64,000 nucleotides of DNA from Balanoglossus misakiensis (lineage: Eukaryota > Animalia > Hemichordata). The position numbers and the translations under genes are program-made. Positions 60,801 through 64,000 of the stretch are shown piece after piece. The notes beneath the pieces are model-generated. The model had not been told where the DNA came from. It did not search any database and worked only from the letters and a program-made list of their open reading frames with translations. The stretch spans positions 3,957,227 through 4,021,226 of the forward strand of contig CM082579.2 of NCBI GenBank assembly GCA_040954595.2, in the 5' to 3' direction. Within the stretch, counting starts at the first letter, position 1; each line of letters opens with the position of its first letter.

Positions 60801-63800
60801 GCCGCTTGCAGCTGCATCAACAAGAATTAATGGAATGTGTTAGTTGTCAGTCGAACAAAAAGCCACAATCTCCAAACATCTAGAATTTATACACATAGAG
60901 CCCTGCCTGGCGGAGCAAGCAGCATGCTACCACACATAAAAAGCACAGAGTAAAAAAGTTAGATTAAAAGATGCATAATCCTTCAGGACAGATAACACTA
61001 ACAGACAGACACATAACAGTGGACAAGTCAAGACAACATCAATATGTACATGTGACAAAATGGTTTAGCCCAACGTGAACCACTGTGAAGTACTGACATG
61101 CATTATGTACACACCAAACCTATCACTAAATGGCCCGGCCTTGATGTCTAATCTACAGCTGCTCATTCTGTACAAAATGGTGGCAAAACTACTAGAACGG
61201 GTACATTATTTCATACATGTGCTAGCCCTAAAAATCAGAACTTGTGCGCTTTAGAGAAAAGGAATCAATTGTCTGCATGTTTCTGATATCAATAGATAAG
61301 GCTATACTGGCAAAAATGGAGTGGTCTGACATCCTGGGTACATATCAACAATTCAAATACTACTAGAATGGCCTTTTTTCATCTCAGCAATGCAGTTGCA
61401 AAGCTCATGCAAATTAATGAAATATCGTCAGCGACAATTTGCGATCACTTGACTCGAGTGCCTTTTGTTTACTGGGTGAGAGCGATTGCACAGTGAGTTT
61501 GTCTTTCATGCAAGCGATACACTGCACATAACTGAACATAAAGAGTAGCTTACAAACACTTCAATGACAATCTTGGCTATACTCTGCATTCAAGCAGGTA
61601 GAAAATCATTAAAATCACATCCCATCAATTTATGCTTTTTTGATTACACATCTACATTGTATCAATAAGCTCACATAAAACACCAAAAGCGCAATATTTA
61701 CCTGGAAGCATGTCCTCCTCGTTTTCCGACTGAAGGGAACTCAGAGAACTGAAGTTTGTCCGGCTGCCATCTTGTCTGAATGTCTGTGGTTCTTCTTTGG
61801 TGACGTTCTTTTTGACCATCTTGGAATTGGGTTCGTTCAGCTTTTTACAAACTGAAATGCAAAGAACAAAACATGTAGATGAGAAAGGTTGTTTCCATGG
61901 GTGATATCATTCAGTGTTAAAAGCTGAGAGTGTAACAAATGTATTTCCGAAGTTATCTACAATCTTTCTCTCCACACAAATGTTTTGACATACCATTATT
62001 GTCATAGTTCTCTGTGACATTGGGCGGAACCGGTTCAAATTCCCACATCGGCTTGGCGATGGAGTCACTGTCTGATGCCGAGTTGGACGGTGGCATGGGC
62101 GCCAGGGAGGGCTGCTGGCTGACTGGTTGGCCCTGGTAGGCGTTCTGGTCATCGTCGTAGTTCCTGTCGCAGTCCAAATTGTTGAGAGAGTTATGGTTGC
62201 TGGGGGTGTATGAGGCCGGCCTTTGTGGTATGTCTGGCGGTACAGGTTGGTAGTTGATGTCCAGATTGGAGAGCTTGCTGTCCCGTTTGTAGGAGTCGCC
62301 GGTGCGATTATCCACCCTCTTCAGCATCATGGAGTTGGCGTCGCAATCGTTGTTCTTGTTGGGGACTCGCTTGGTCTTCTTCATGCGCCTCCTCCTCCTT
62401 CTCCTTCGTCTGCACATGACGAAGAAGATGACGAGGACTATGATCAACACCAGCACGCCGGCGCCGATGACGATTTCGATCCACGTGATGCCGATGCCGT
62501 TCGACGTGATGTTGTGCGAGTCGGCGTTCTTGCTGATGACGTTGCACTCTGGTCCGGGGTTTTCACTGTCGTTGCAGTCGCAGGAGTAGCCGCCAATGGT
62601 GTTGGTGCACGGCCCGGTATCGCACGGGTTATCAGCGCACTCGTCAATGTCGTCTGCACACAGCCAACCGGTGAACCCTTCGGGGCACTCACAGGCCGGT
62701 CCGTTATCATCCTCCATGCAGGTGCCACCGTTTTCGCACGGGTTGTTCGCGCAATAGTTGGTACACGTCTTCCCAACAAAGCCATCCGGGCACACGCACT
62801 TGAAGTCGGTGTCCAAGTCAATGCACTCCCCGCCGTTTCTGCACGGGCTCGGTCCGCACGGTGTCGTGCTCTGGCACATATTGCCGTACCACCCCGGAGC
62901 ACACTTGCAGACAAAGCTGCTCTGCCTATTATAACAGGTACCGCCGTGAGCACATGGGTTGCTCAGACAGGCACTTCGCAAGCTGTAATCGCAGTCCGCG
63001 GTGTCTTTGGTGGTGACGCCGTCTCCCGATGTGGGCAGTCTCTCATTGTTCAACACCAGATCACTCATGCAACCTTCAAGTCCGTTGGTCAGACTCAGTC
63101 CGGTGAGCGGGTCCCTCTTACTGCGCCTGGCGGCGGAAATCTCAGCACCAAAGAAGATGTTATCCAAGTTGAGTTCTCTCTTGTCACCCGGTGCATCCGC
63201 GCTGCTTGTGTACTGGTTGTCCAGGGTGATTTTGGCATTGTTTCCTCTGCGGTGTACTGTCACGTCGTGCCACATACCGTCGTCGATCGTCTGGGTGCCG
63301 ATCTGCACTCTCCCTTCCCCACTGCCGCACTGGAACCGGTACTGGATGAAGCCGTTTTCAATCTGCAGGCGTACACGGAAATTCATTTTGTCATCAACAG
63401 GGTGGCAATTTGGATGTATGTATATGTTGTGATCAACATACAAAGATCAAGTTAAGCATATAATTGGGGTTTTTATTCCACAACTTACCTCTAGGATACT
63501 GTAGTCATAGTCACCCTCTCCAAACATGATGTTGCCGTTGGGTTTTACGGTGCGTATTTTAGCTGATAGGAGTGTGGAGGTGGTGTCTAAAGCCAGGTTG
63601 CTGTAGTGTAGATAACTTGAACCAGAGAAGCTGACTGGTTTGTATTTAGGATCTGTAGTCAATGAAAAAAACAATAAGTTAAAAAGAGTTAAGACTGTGC
63701 ATACCTCTGTGGTCACTGTATACAGTCACAAAATTTTGTTTTAACTGCTTTCTGGTAACTTCCATCCTATCAACCCATACATAACTAGACACACATAACA

Positions 63801-64000
63801 AGAAGAAGGAGATACAGGAACAAGAAAAGCAAGGCAAGAACATTGACTTTGGAAGCTTACCGACACAGTCTTCATCCACAGAGTTGACTGCGCAGGCACA
63901 TCGGTGACTTGCACCTTCCGGAATGCAAGTCATGTGATTCAGACAGGGGTTAGGCTCGCATGGGTTGAAGAAGTCGGGTTCCTGAGTGGGCAGATCCTCG
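57889..64000 (-). CDS. FAT1: Protocadherin Fat (FAT1/FAT3-like), 3' part: EGF, laminin-G, 4 EGF, TM and cytoplasmic tail; 5'-truncated by the window edge
   Basis: Exons 63861->64000, 63489-63652, 61994-63362, 61702-61851, 57889-58559. LamG (DYSILE; FQCGSGEG; DGMWHDV), EGF repeats, TM IEIVIGAGVLVLIIVLVIFFVMC followed by poly-Arg. Cytoplasmic RPASYTPS, SASDSDSI, GYHWDCTDW, STNASCSDVSGLCE and the C-terminal PDZ ligand HTEV, as in vertebrate FAT1. Confidence 0.93.
58677..58766 (-). mobile_element. ~85-90-bp MITE-like repeat, copy 3 (FAT intron, inverted)
   Basis: Reverse complement ccctttcagcaccatggtttggtccaattcc...gaagttggacctc...ggggatgaaatggg aligns with copy 1. Confidence 0.7.
59589..59606 (-). 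CDS. Candidate 18-nt FAT microexon (A-P-Q-Q-Q-K)
   Basis: aag|CACCCCAACAGCAGAAAG|gtatag, phase 1-1. Upstream are a GCTAAC branch point, a ~35-nt pure pyrimidine tract, TGC motifs and a ~100-nt AG-free zone. Confidence 0.6.
60062..60811 (-). CDS. Candidate 750-nt cassette (or alternative terminal) exon in the FAT cytoplasmic domain
   Basis: ACTAAC branch point at ~60840 and acceptor gatgcag. 250 open codons in frame with exon 61702-61851. It ends at CCTG|gttagc (phase-1 donor); read-through gives GGT TAG. Confidence 0.7.

Noticed and set aside
60880-60965. Further acceptor-like signal in the FAT intron (tctaac, T-tract, gtag / tgctccgccag)
   Set aside because: No convincing donor; the first AG leads to a stop after 14 codons. 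It could be a truncating exon but is unsupported.
62223-63455. 410-aa plus-strand ORF
   Set aside because: Antisense shadow of the GC3-rich FAT exon, with no recognisable domain.

Overview
Eukaryotic, intron-rich animal DNA. It is most likely an invertebrate deuterostome such as a hemichordate or echinoderm (inferred from gene content and 'WGPNQ'-type GPCRs, not proven). Seven protein-coding loci are visible: (1) the 5' part of a large secreted Sushi/CCP + HYR repeat protein (minus strand, runs off the left edge); (2) an intronless GT14 core-2/I-branching GlcNAc-transferase; (3) a complete ~34-exon TAF1; (4,5) two orphan class-A GPCRs with intronless CDSs in a ~21 kb gene-poor stretch; (6) a 14-exon PLP-dependent CSAD/GADL1/GAD-family decarboxylase with several unusual active-site residues; (7) the 3' end of a FAT1/3-like protocadherin (runs off the right edge). 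Non-coding features include a solo LTR with a 4-bp target-site duplication, several MITE-like elements, a long intronic hairpin, microsatellites and RFX X-boxes. The most notable unannotated signal is in the last FAT intron: a cluster of frame-preserving candidate cassette exons and microexons (750, 9/87, 18 and 18 nt) surrounded by 7 TGCATG (RBFOX) motifs. This is the same intron position that carries the alternative inserts of vertebrate FAT1. All exon boundaries were read by eye from GT/AG and frame and need RNA-seq confirmation.
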